Shown here in pieces: positions 48,602 to 61,632 of a stretch of 64,000 bases of DNA. Under the pieces are notes generated by a model, which worked only from the letters and a program-made list of their open reading frames with translations, had not been told where the DNA came from and ran no database searches. This stretch comes from Basidiobolus meristosporus CBS 931.73 (Eukaryota; Fungi; Basidiobolomycota), in NCBI GenBank assembly GCA_002104905.1, contig MCFE01000254.1, forward strand, positions 1 through 64,000. The letters run 5' to 3'. The position numbers and the translations under genes are program-made. How positions within the stretch are numbered: position 1 is the stretch's first letter; every line of letters starts with the position of its first letter.

Positions 48602-51030
48602 TGTTGCAATTTAAGAAGTGATTTGAATATAAGGAACTTACCAAGATATAGTGATAATAGTTGAACTATTGTTCATTCACAAAGTGGATCAGTATTTATA
48701 CCTTTGTAGAAGTAATACAGCTGTAACACTAAGAAAGGGGGGTTTCTCAACATTCAGGAGCATTCTGAAACAATCTCAGGGTTAGTACATAATGTTTGGC
48801 AAAAAGTGTTAATTTGATCTTCACTATAGGGTAATAATCATAGGATCATAGATGTGAAGAATCTGGCAAAGTTGGGGCCACAAACAAGTCCTAAAGTGAC
48901 CAAGACTAGGCCAGAATTGTTAAGTAAATTTTTTGATGCAAAATGATACCAAATAGTTCAATATTTCAAGCTCTCCATTAACTAAACAATCTCTTAATCC
49001 TAATTCCTCTGTGAGATTCTCAGATTGTGGTCTAACCAGTGGTTTTATCAGTATATCTGCCACCATTTTGTCAGTTGGACAGTAAGCTAATTCTACTAAG
49101 TTATTTTTACAGCTTCCCTCACAAAGTGGTGTTGTATATCTATGTGCTTAGTCCTGGCATGATTAGTAGAATTCCTAGCTAATGCAATACAACTTTAATT
49201 ATATTTGTTGTTACAAGTCTGGGTATAAGAGTTGTCAAGGAATAGGGAGTTTAGCTAGTATTGTATTCACTAAAACTTGAACTGATCTTTATTGAGATTC
49301 CAGCAGCTCCTTATATACATTTTGCCAGATCAATTGCTGACTGATTGTATTTCCCAATGTAGGCTGTGGCTGATGACACACTGGATTGCATCATCATCAC
49401 TCAATAAGATCCTACCTAATATATCAATTTCTGTCTGATAAAGATATGCTGATTCATTTGCTGAGTATTACTACTGATTTGATAGATAATACTGATATAC
49501 TGATGACCTAAACATATAACTAATTGATTTGACTAAAAACTGATCTAACTTAAATATTCAAGCAGTAGATCATATATTCTCCCTTACTAAAGTTGAGAGG
49601 GTTCTCCTGAATCTCTTTTCTTGCAATACAATATCTTGATGGTTCAGTATTATCAGCAAGTCTTGCAAGCTTAAGTCTGTTCCTATACACTAAGTCTTCC
49701 CAGATATTGCCTTGTTTGTCCACTAGTTGGTAAGTTGTAAATGGACATTCTCTAATGATCTTGAGTGGTCCTGTCCATTGTGGCTCAAGCTTCTTCCAAG
49801 TGTTATATCTTAGCAATACAAAGTTCCCAACTGTCAATTCTTCTGGTGCTATAGTCTTATCAAATCCCTGCTTCATCTTTTCTGCACTTTGAGATACTTT
49901 GGTCTGTACCTCTTGATGTCTTTGTTCCAGTTGCTGGTGTATACTTGGCTGACTGAGCTCATCATGTAAGGTGTCTGTAATCTTGGGTTGTGTGAGATCT
50001 CCTGGAATCCTTGGTTCACATCCATAAACTGAGTAAGATGACAATTGTTGAGGGAGGCCTCTTCTTTCTTCAGGAGGGATGTTTCTGATTATTGCTGCTA
50101 CCAATGCTACAAGTCTTGGTATAAGAGTTTTAGAGGAATAGGGAGTTTAGCTAGTATTGTATTCATTAAAACTTGAACTGATCTTTATTGAGATTCCAGC
50201 AGCTGCTTATATACATTTTGCCAGATCAACTACTGACTAATTGTATTTCCCAATGTTGGCTGTGGCTGATGACACATTTGATTGCATCATCATCACCCAA
50301 TAAGATCCTACTTAGTATAACTATTTCTGTCTGATAAAGATATGCTGATTCATTTGCTGAGTAATGCTACTGATTTGATAGGTAACACTGATACACTGAT
50401 AACCTAAACATATAAATAACTGATTTGGCTAAAAACTGATCTAACTTAAGCATTTAAGTGGCAGATCATAACATTGTAAATACATGTTGTTTCATCCATA
50501 TTAAAGCCTAAGTCTTTGAATAATTTCTGTAGCCATATAGCCTCCTTAGTTACTTGGCAAGTAGCCATGTATTCAGCTTCATTTGTAGAAAGGGCCACAG
50601 TTGGTTGTTTCTGGCAATTCCAAGCAATTGCTGCACCAGCATAAAGAGATATATACCCAGTTGTAGAGCATCTGTCAATCAGATCTCTACCCTGATCTGA
50701 GTTACTGTAACCATCAACTTTCTGCCTATTAGCTGCTCCAGAGTACACTAGTACCATATTTATGGTACCTTATAGATATCTGAAAATCCGCTTAACTGCT
50801 GTAATTTGACCTGATCCATAATTCTGCATGAATTGACTAACTATTCCAACTGCCACTGCAGTATCTTGCTTTGTAGACACCATCAAGTACATCAGGTTAC
50901 CAGCCATTGATTGATAGGAAACGTTTTGGTCCATATTTGAGCTGTTTTCACCAGAAACTGGCTGAGATTTGCTCAATTTCAAATTATTGTCCATTGGGTA
51001 GCTGCAGGCTTGCAATTTTCCATTTTAGAG
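48602..51030 (-). mobile_element. 3' portion of a Copia family B variant (LTR 48602-48970, RNase H, RT end)
   Basis: LTR B homology; ORFs 50446 and 50770 encode RT/RNase H motifs; interrupted at 49209-50473. Confidence 0.85.
49209..50473 (-). mobile_element. 1265-bp non-autonomous Gypsy family C mini-element (TRIM-like)
   Basis: 5' LTR 50105-50473, PBS TGGTAGCAGC (50103-50094), integrase C-terminal fragment (YGCEPRIP..LEPQWTGPLKII), PPT AAGGGAGAA (49583-49575), 3' LTR 49209-49574, TSD TTGT. Confidence 0.88.
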
Positions 51031-53161
51031 CAAAATATCCTTATGAACCTATATTTTGTACTGGAATTGAGTCTGCATTTCCTGGATTATTCTCTTCTGC
51101 TGCACAAAAAGTTGTCCTTCTTTTTTGATTGTCAGAAGTGATTGTCAGCCATAAGCTTCCATCAGGTCTGTTATCAGCTTGTAGAAGACATTTTCTCTCA
51201 TAAGGTTGTCCTAACAATACCTCAATAGTGGGTCCATTGGCAACAATGAAAAAGGGAGAAGTAACCCTGATTCCTCCAGCTTCAATTGTCACAGAGTGAC
51301 AAAGTCCAAGCATCTTCTCTGTTGCACCTGTAGCAGTTCTCATATTCCAGTCAACTTCTGTCAATGGTAATTTGATTTTTCAATAGTCATTGCAGTTATA
51401 GCATTGATTTCTGATCCAGAATCAAAAACACATTCCACTGATAACTTTCTGTGTGATTGCAGTAGTGTCATTCTTATATTAAGATTGCAAGTGTTCTTTT
51501 TGGATTTTTGATGTTTTTGGCTGTACTGGTATTTCAACAACTGGCTGATTTCTCTTGGTGGTAAATACTCATCTAGGATCGCTCTTGGAAGAGATATATT
51601 TTCTCTTATCAATAAGGCAGTCAAATTCTTCAACTTCCTCTTTTTCCTTTAGATATTCTTGGACCTGCCCTGATGGGTCTGATATTGTGAGTATGTAACA
51701 TTCATTGCTTGGAATTTCTGCAGTCTTTTGGATTTGTATAAAATTTAATGTTGTGGTGCTTTTACTTGATTCTTCTTGAGCAAGTATATAGGACCTCATT
51801 CCACCGTAACCTTGGTTGATAGGCAAGGGGTTTCCTGCAATATCACAGATCTTCCCATAGCAATTAGTCATAACTTTATGACTGTCAATAATGATATTCA
51901 ATATTTGACAACCATAACAACTATGTTCAGCAGATTCACAGTACACACAATATTTGGTTTGCTGTGGATAATTACTGGCTGTTTTGGGATTTTATGTTCT
52001 TGCCTTGTTGATGCTTGATGATGGTACACCTTGAGAGTCTAACTTAAGCGCCAGTTTTCCTGATGCATCAACTAACTCATTAACCTGATTACTTTGTGGG
52101 CTATTTGTACAATGAAGAATTTGTTTAGCTGGGGTGGGAATCCTCATTTGAGTATTGAGGGAATCCATGACTTGTCTCCCTAATTGATAGTTTAACACCA
52201 TTTGTTTAACACTGTTGTAGGAGCTAGTAGCCTGAACTTGCTGGCTAATGGCATTATGTATCTCAGGAGGCATATTCATCAGAAAATAGTTTCTTTGATA
52301 AAATCTTGGAATTCCAATAGCCACTTCAACATGCCTTGCTTTTGACTAAAACTTTTGAATGCACTTTTGCAAGGTTTGGGTCATGTTGTAAGGCATTTGT
52401 AGCTCATTTAGTGTAACAAACTGTGCTTCCTTTTGGTACTCAGCTAAAATAGCTTGTTGAGCAGTGTCCAAGTTATAGTCAGTGCCAACAGATACCTCAA
52501 ATGGATTGAAACTTTGTAAGAATCTTGATACTTCAACTTTGCAGAGAAACAGAAAGAACTGAATTTTGTTCTTGTGTGATAGCGCAAATGCTGCAACTTT
52601 ATTGTTAAACTCTTCTAGAAACTCAGCAACATTCTCTCCTGAGAATTTTACTGGGATGGCACCCTTGAAAGTGGCTATTATTGCTGGGAGTGGTGTGTTG
52701 GTCATTCTTGTAATGTTTGTTGATGCTTGTAAAGTGAAAGGTTCAAACTACCCAGGTCCTCCACCAAATTCTTGTTGTATTGTATTATGACATAGGCACA
52801 GCACCTGTGAGAATATCACATGATATGATGGGCTGGCTCAAAAGTTACACGCAATCAAAGTCACAATAGTAATCCTAGCAATAGTGGCCTAGTATATGTA
52901 ATAATTGGGCTCTTTTGGTCATAAATTCTTAAGTACTGCTTCAAATGAGCTGTAACTTGAAACATGTGTTGGCTACTGCATGTTCTGTATGACATAATAT
53001 TCTTGGGTGGATTGCCTGTCAGAGTCTGGAGTATTTGTCATTTAAAGTTGGATTTTCTTGATCTTTGACTTGTATATTACAATAGCAAAAAGCAAAATAA
53101 GGAAATGGGTGCAATATTGGTTTTGATATATTGTAGTAATGGAATACTTTCCATTACCACA
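51031..53161 (-). pseudogene. Ty3/Gypsy gag-protease remnant
   Basis: gag (KFSGENVAEFLEEF), C..C...H knuckle-like segment, protease VFDSGSEINA and EVLLGQPY; fragmented. Confidence 0.75.
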
Positions 53162-56100
53162 GATCTAAGTGACTAAGTTAGGTGAATGTTAAGGTGGAAT
53201 TACAGATTTTTGCAACACTCCCACTCAGCCAAATGCTCATACCAACTAGTCCCAATTTTGACCTAAGATATTTAAACTTGTTTCTTGCTAATGGTTTGGT
53301 AAATATGTCTGCAATCATTTCATCTGAAGGATAGTAAGTTAAGCTAACTAAGTTATTCTCTATAGCTTCATGTATGAAATGATGTCTAATATCTATGTGC
53401 TCAGCTCTAGCATGAAAAGCTGGATTTCCACTTAATTGTATACACCCTGAATATCTTAAAAAAAGTAATAGGCCTTTTTTGATATATGTTTAAATCTGTA
53501 AAAAGCTTTCTTAGCTGCATTGCTTCTTTTGTAGATTCACATGCTGACATATACTCTGCCTCTGTGGTAGAAAGTGCTATGGTTGGTTGCATCCTTGAAT
53601 TACATGAAAGATGTATCCTATGGTGGATCTTCTGTCTGCCAGGTTTTGTCCCCAGTCAGCATCAGTTTATCCCACAAGATCCAGTTCTTAATCCTTATAA
53701 GTGTATCTTAAGCGGATATCAGTAGTTCCTTTTAGGTATCTAAAAATCCGCTCAACTGCTGCAATATGATCAGATCCATAGTTCTGATTATGCTGCCTGA
53801 CAACTCCCACTGAATGTGAGATGACTGGACATGTTCCAAGCATGATGTATATCAGACTTCCAACTGTAGATTGATAAGAAAAGTCAGGGCTTTCAGATGG
53901 CATCACGCTATCTTGATTTGGTTGAGTTTTACCAAGTTAAGGTTTGTCTCCATTGGGGTAGCTGCCAGCTTAAAGTCTTTTGTTTTGAGCTTCTTCAGTA
54001 TATCTTCAATATACTTGGATTGGCTTAGGGTAATGGTCTGGGTACCTCTGCCTATGGAAAGCTTAATCCCTGGGTAGTAACTGAGTTCTCCTAGATTGGA
54101 CATCTTGAACTCCTTAGAAAGGCTGGATTTAGTCTCTTGCAATGTTGCTAGGTTATTGGAGGCTGTAATAAGATCATCTACATTTAAAGCTAATAGAACT
54201 GGACTTGCTCTATCTGGCTTATAGTATGTACCATAGTCAGTTTTACTCCTTTTGAAACTCAGAGACTCCAAAGAAGGATCTATCTTACAATTCCAGGCTC
54301 TTGGTGATTGCTTAAGACCATATAGAGACTTTTTAAGCTTGCAGACCAAATGGGGTCTATCTTGGTCAACAAACCCATCAGGCTGGTCCATATACATATC
54401 CTTATCAAGTTCTCCACTGAAAAATGCAGTTCTTGCATCCATTTGATGAATAAATGACTTATATTTGGCTGCAATAGCCAATAGTAATCTGATGGAATTA
54501 AACTTGGCTACCTGTGCAAAGGTCTCAGTCTAGTCAACTCCTTTTGTTTGAGAGTATCCTTTGGTCGCAAGTCTTGCTTTGTATCTTTCAATTGTACCAT
54601 CAGCCTTGTATTTTGTCTTGAAGACCCATCTGCATCCAATTGATTTTTGGTTGATTGGTAATTTGACCAAGTCCCAAGTTTGTTGTTCCATTAGGGCCTG
54701 AAATTCCTCAGTCATTGCAGATCTCCAAAGCTTTGTCTGAGGGCTATTTAGGGCTGCTTTTACAGCCTGGGGTTCATCAATATGAACTGAATAGGCAGAG
54801 GCTATGCTTTACCCTCACTGATATAGTAATTTGGGCTCTCTCTGGTCTGATTGGATCTCCAGGCAATTGATACTGAAGTGATCACTTCTGAGATATTCCT
54901 GGGCACTGCTTCAGGCAGAACCATGGTTTTAGAGTCATCTGGAGTGAAAAGATCTTCATTGTTTTGCTCTGATTCAATCCTGACAGTTGGTGGACTTGAG
55001 ATCAGATTTTTGTCATCATCTGATGTTGTTTTTTGTAAATATTTTGAATATTCCTCAAACAGCACTTGCCTGGACTTGATTGACTTCTTTGCTTTGGTAC
55101 TGTAGAGTCTGTGTGTATTACTCTCATTGCAGTAGCCCAAAAATATGCATTTTACATGTTTTGGCTCACATTTGGCTGATTTCCAGGCAGCTTCTTGGCA
55201 TATACTCTACACCCAAATATTCTTAGATATTCTGCACATGGTCTGTATCCATACCATGCCTCATATGGTGTGGAACTAGAAAATATTCACTTATAACTCC
55301 TATTTTTAAGGTATCCAGCTGTGGCAACTGATTCCACCCAAAAATCAGAGGGAAATTTTTGATCATAGATATTGCCATATTAATTATTGCTCTGTTTGCA
55401 CGTTCTGCTATTCCATTTGGCTGTGGGGAGTAGAGTACAGTAGTCACTTGCTTTATCCCAAGAATCTTGCAGAAGTGGATGAAGAGTTTTGAAATATATT
55501 CTCCACCATTGTCAGAGAATATTTTCTTGATTTTTTACTAGTTACTCTCTCCACCATGGCTTTAAGCTCCCTGAACTTGGACAGAGCTTTTTCCTTTTTC
55601 TCCATGAAGTAGTCCCATGTGCTTCTTGTATAATCATCAATAAAAGTGATTAAATACTTCATCTTACCTAAGGATTAATTTTGCATAGGTTCACACAGAT
55701 GTGTGTGAATTAGATCTAATTTTTTGTTAGGTTTGATTAAGCCAGAGCTCTTGAACGGTTGTCTGGCATGTTTCCTATATATGCAGGCCTCACAGTGCCC
55801 CTAATCAGCTGAGGGATCATTTTATACTCCAGAAATTAGCTGATCTTTGATCATTTTGCGCAAATAATCAAAATTGATTTGCCCAAATCTCCTGTGCCAA
55901 AGCATTGGTGTTTCTTCATTTAAGTTACTTATATTGGCTTCTAGATATGCTGGAATATAAGTCAACTTGTATAGATTCTGATATCTGATACCCAAAGCAA
56001 TATGGGCACCATTTTGATCAGTGATTTTGCATCCAGAACTGTCAAAGTTGAAACTGAGTCCTTCTGCATTGGCCTTGCTTACATATAGATGGTTCTTGGC

Positions 56101-57385
56101 TATTCCTGGTACATAGAGTACTTCTTTGAAAGTCAGAGTATGGCTTCCTTCACTATTTCTAAGGTTTACTTGGGCAATTCCTTCTCCCACTGCATCAAGT
56201 GTTCTATTGTCACCCACTAAAACCTTCTAAATTGGAATTTCTTGATATTGGGTAAAATGTTCTTTTTGGTGTGAGAAGTGTTGAGATGCTTCAGAGTCAA
56301 TATACCATGTCTGAGAATCCTTGTTTGTGCTTGTATTTAGTGCAGATATGAAGAGCCCATCATCAGTTGTTGCAGCATTTCCACATTCAGGCTTCTTTTG
56401 TTGATTATCTCTCTTTTTGAGACACCAGTCTGATGTGTGTCCTTTCCTTTTGCAGTAGTTGCAAAACAGGCTGCTGCTGCCTTTGTAGGGTTTTGGGTAC
56501 CTCCTTTGTTGGTTATCATTGCTTATTAAAGCATTTTCTTCTTCCTTCTCATTGGTGCTTGATTTTCTTAATTCTTCATCCAGAAGCCTTCCAAATCTGT
56601 AACTTAAGTTCAAATCTTCAGTTTGGGACTCTAGAGCTGATACAAGGCCCTGGAACTTGTCTGTCAGGCTATTCAGGATGGCAACTATCATATCCTCATC
56701 AGTTGTTGTTACACCCACAGATTCCATCTCATTTACCAGCAGGGTAACTCTGTAAATTAGATTTTTCATTTGTTCTCCTGGCTGCATTTTTGTAGTAAAG
56801 AATTTTTGACTCAGATATATTTTCTTAGCAGCTGAGCATGACTGATAGGTGTCTTTTAATGCCTTCCAGGCATTCTTTACTGTTTTTTGCTCTTGAGCAT
56901 TGAATTTACAATTTGTCTTTAACATTATTGCACATGCAGTTAAAGGCACTTTTTTCGTTCTTCTGGTACTTTGAGGCTGTCTTTCCCATGTTTTTGGGAG
57001 GGCATTCTTCCCCCATGACAATATCCCAAAGGCCTCTTTCTTGTAGCAGCATTTTCATCTTCACCTTCCACACTTGGTAGTTAGATCCATGCAACTTTTC
57101 AGCCAAGGGAAAAATTCTAGTAATAGCAGTAGTAGACATTGCAGAGAGTGACAGCTTGGGGCTCATAACCTGTTAACAGAGTCTTAGAGATGTTGAAAGT
57201 GATTGGGAGGACAAGTAGATTATGTGGTTTTCACTTAATAGGTTATTGAATGTAAAAGTTGTATTTATACTTTTACATTGTCTTGGCATTAAAAACATGT
57301 ATAATAGGTTAAGATAGGTCCCAAGAGCATGTGTGCAAAGTTTGGGGATGTTTGGATAACTTGAGAATTTTCATGTTCTAGGTAC
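53162..57385 (-). mobile_element. Degenerate Copia family A copy, both LTRs truncated by other insertions
   Basis: 3' LTR piece 53162-53217, internal region collinear with family A, PBS GGTTATGAGCCCC (57170-57158), 5' LTR piece 57171-57385. Confidence 0.9.
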
Positions 57386-59152
57386 TGTTGTAAAAATTTG
57401 TAATTCCACCTAAATATTCACCTAACTTAGTCACTTAGATCATTACACTCAAATCCTAGAGAATACTGACCAAATTCCTTGTCAGGATTTACTTGGAATA
57501 TTTTCACCAAAATACCAGGTACCCAGAACATGAAAATTCTCAAAGTTGTCCAAACAGCCCCAAACTTTGCACACATGTTCTTGGGACCTTTCTTAACCTA
57601 TTCTACATGTTTGTAATGCCAAGACCAGGTAAAAGTATAAATACTACTTTAAATTCAATAAATCATTAAGTGAAAACCACATAATCTACTTGTCCTCCCA
57701 ATCACTTCCAATATCTCCAAGACTCTTACAACAAGTTTTGAGCCCCAAGCTGTCACTCTCTGCAAGGTCTACTACTGCTATTGCTGGAATTTTACCCTCT
57801 TCCAAGGAATTGAATGGATCTAACTACCAAGTGTGGAAGGTGAAGATGAAGATGCTGCTACAAGAAAGAGGCCTTTGGGATATTGTCATGGGGGAAGAAT
57901 GCCCTCCTAGAAATGTGGGAGAGGAAGCCTTAAAGTACCAGAAGAAAGAACAAAGTGCCTTCAACTGCATTTGCCTTAATGTTAAAGACAAATTGCTAAT
58001 TCAATGCTCAAGAGCAAAAACGGCAAAGAATGCCTAGAAGGCATTAGAAGACACCTACCAGTCATGTTCAGCTGCAATGAAAATGTATCTGAGACAAAAA
58101 TTCTTTACTACAAAGATGCTGTCAGGAGAAGAAATGAAAAATCCAATTAACAGAATTACCCTGCTGGTAGATGAGATGGAATCTGTGGGCATACCAACTA
58201 CTGATGAGGAAGTGATAGTTACTATCCTGAATAGCCTGACAGACAAGTTTCAGGGCCTTGTATCAGCCCTAGAGTCCAGAACTGAAGATTTGACCTTATA
58301 TTACATATATGGAGGACTCCTGGATGAAGAATTAAGAAAATCAAGCGCCAATAAGAAGGAAGAAGAAAATGCATTAATAAGCAATGATAACCAACAAAGG
58401 AAGTACCCAAGACCCACAAAGACAACAGCAACCTGTTTTGCAACTACTTCAAAGGGAAAGGACACACATCAGACCGGTGTCTCAAAAAGAGAGATTATCA
58501 GCAAAAGAAGACTGAATATGGAAATGCTGCAACAACTGAAGATAGACTATTCATATCTGCACTAAATATGACTACAAACAAGGATTCTCAGACGTGGTAT
58601 ATTAGACTTGTTCTATTGTACCATGCCAGGGCGCACGGCACAATCCGTGGTTGTAAAGAACAATTGGGCACAATATTGTAGCTACCGGAAGGCAGGATTG
58701 TTCTTGGACAATTTTGCACCATGCAGGACAATCTTGCACACTATGGCACAATCCAACACAATGAGGTTGGCACAGATGATTGCACCAACTTGTAATGTTT
58801 GCCCCCAATTGGCTCATTGACTACTAAAAAAGCTACCTGATTTGCCATCAAATATCCCATTTTGCCCATAGAGCAAGTAAATCCCTGATCCTAGTGATTG
58901 GACAAGGTGTCATAGGTAGCACTCAAGCGATTGTGTAGGTGCAAAACAGATCCAATAGCTGCACTGGTATTACAGATGATGTATATATATGCAGGTGTTT
59001 ATTTATAGGGGTTCTGTCTCAAATGTGAGACGACCTCGATATTACTTATATCAAAAATTTGATGATCACTGATTTGCAATGGCTTGATTTGGATTGCAAA
59101 AAAAATGGGTTGTTGGGATCATTACAAATGTGAGCAATTCAAAGCAATCTCA

Positions 59153-60385
59153 TCATCTTCTCCTGGGTTTTTTTCTCACAGGGATGACTACTGAAGCATT
59201 TGGTAGTGACTCACTTTGCACACCTATACTACTTCCTGGCTGACTATCATCTTGGCTACTTGTGTATTTGTAGTCAGTATTTTGCCTCCTAGTTGATGAG
59301 TGCAATGCTGCAGCTTGGCCGCACTGAATTGCTGCAACTGAACCAACTGAACTGGCCTGTAGTGCCATGCGCTGACGCGTTCTTTTACTTGCCAAGGGCT
59401 CCGGTAGTTGAGGCACTTCATGTTGGTCATCATCAGTCAGTTCACCAGAAGTAACTCGCTGATGGTCAGGCAAAACAGCACGCACAGGCGCGCCTTGATG
59501 CATTGAGATGGCCCTTGGCTGAGTTCAATGTGATGCTGCATGTTGACACGACTTGGTCCGCTCCAATGTACTCGTGTCTAAATGAGCAGTTTGGCAAGTT
59601 CTTGTAGTTTTACTCTGAAGCACACGCATTGACTTGATGCGGGGCGTTCTGGTAAAGGGTGTTGGCATCGACTGAACTGACGTGTGCCAGCACGCTGTGA
59701 TTGCAAGAGATGGTAGGGAATCCAGCAAGGTGTGCTGGCGCAATCTGGACAATGTTGCTTGCGGTCTGTATTCCTCCTCCTGAAGCTCACCATCTGATTC
59801 CTCAAGGTATTCACTTACCCTCTGTCTGATACTTTGGGGCTGTTGCCTGTATGAGTCCTGTGTATATTGCTCTTGGAAGCCACTTAGCTCTACTAATATA
59901 TCATGTAGTACATTAGTCATTTGAGGCAAAAACTCATTCAAAATCTCTTTGGTTCCCAAAGTTGAGGCACAAACGGATGCGTCCAGTCTGTACTGTGCAA
60001 ATTGCGTGCAAAATCATTCCCGTGCGGCTGCTTTGTCAAATTCCCTCACTCTCAGCTCATTCTGGATTTCAATACTTGTCTTGTTATATATCTTTGTACA
60101 TACATTGGCTGGCATCTTGATGTAGAACTCATGCCACAGCTTTCTACCCAAATTCTTCCATCTTTGTCAACTCTCTGAGGTATCTAGTTCTGCTAGATTA
60201 ATCAGTAGAGCCCAAATATTTGTATGAAGGCTCATCATAGACTCTTGGGCCGTACTAAAATCATTTGGCAAGTACTTGAATGGATCCAACATTGACTTTT
60301 CCAGTCTAGACCGCGCTTGTGAGCTGGGGGATGGGTTTTGTCTGGGTTGTACTAAAGATGAGTTGAGGCTTGGTGTGGGGACCAT
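59153..60385 (-). pseudogene. PHIS accessory gene (ORF2), possible Myb/SANT/trihelix-like partner
   Basis: One 410-codon frame broken only by three TGA codons; contains QRWKNLGRKLW and ends RKKPRRR. The domain call is inferred from this motif and from element architecture. Confidence 0.65.
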
Positions 60386-60746
60386 AGCAACGGATTTGGA
60401 TACTTATACAGCAGTATATTGGCATCAACCTGGTCTTATATGAAATATATATGAAAACTAATGTGATTGTTGAATTTTCCATATATTATGCATGATGCAT
60501 CTTGGATTGCGTTGACACGGATCAGATCACATCAATTGCAGATTTCCTATTTGATTATAGACCTATGATTAAAGCATCAGTAAAAGTACCAAGGCATTGT
60601 TTGCGGATGCATTTTTTGCGACATAATGATGGGATACATGGCAATTGATGGAGATTTAACCATAATGTATTAAAAATCAGATAAATAACGCAGATCGTGC
60701 CAAATCAATTCAAACCGCCTCCATACAATCATCCACCAATTTTAAT

Positions 60747-61632
60747 ATGACTTACTCATCTGAATGGTCTTTTCTCATCAATCCCATCACCACCACTGGA
60801 TTTCCTTTTGACACACTAGAGGAGATCTATTCCAAGTACTGTGGACCATCAACCCCAATCAACTCAAGGAGATCCCTTGTTAAGCTTCTCTGCTATTACA
60901 AGAACTATTGCCCTACAAGGTTTCATCCCACCATCCATGGCAACAAAAGTCCTAGAAGCTTTCATTCCCAGCTGACAGCTATGGAGAACCACCTTGCAGA
61001 GGGTATGAATGACTTATAGCAAGCTTGGAATACTAGGCTCAGAAGCTCCAATAGACTTGCATATCCCAGAGTGTTCAGCAACAGGTTCCATATCAGGAGT
61101 ATTTTGGATACCTTCCCAGTGAGTATTAACAGACCTTCTAGTGGGCAGAGGCACTTTTATTCTGGCATGTACAAGGCACACTGTGTGAAGTTTCAAGCAC
61201 TGTCTGACATTGAGGGTAACATCATCTGGTTTAGTGGGCCATTTGCTGGAAGTAGGCATGACAAAGCACTCTGGGTAGAGAATCATCCTGAATTTGGTAG
61301 AGGGGAGAAATGTATCGGCAGACTTAGCCTATATAGGAGAGGATTGTCAGAGATTAGGATGTATTACAGCTTATAGGAAGCCAAGGAATGGTGTGCTTAG
61401 CAGGAAGCAGAAGCTCTACAATGAGATATTTAATCATTTCAGAGTGAGGGTAGAGTGCACATTTGGATATCTGAAGAGATTCAGCATATTGGCAGGTAAA
61501 TACAGAGGAAAGTCATATATAGGAGAAAACAGCAGAATAGGTAAAATAGTTAAGATACTTATTAATGCACAGTATGTTCATACAAGAAGACATCCACTGA
61601 GAGAAATGTGTCTGGAGCATTATGAAGAGTAA
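60747..61632 (+). pseudogene. Harbinger-type DDE transposase (DDE_Tnp_4-like)
   Basis: ILDTF..FYSGMYKAHCVKFQ..GPFAGSRHD..ADLAY..YNEIFNHFRVRVECTFGYLKRF; one TAG (61017-61019) and one frameshift near 61318. Confidence 0.9.

Noticed and set aside
58604-58820. Short GCACAAT/GTGCCA repeats as a possible CRISPR-like or satellite array
   Set aside because: Irregular spacing, 6-7 bp units, confined to transposon subterminal regions; better explained as protein-binding motifs.
59153-60385. TGA recoding (alternative genetic code or selenocysteine) in ORF2
   Set aside because: Only three cases, in a mobile-element gene, within a window showing widespread CpG decay; CGA-to-TGA mutation is more parsimonious.
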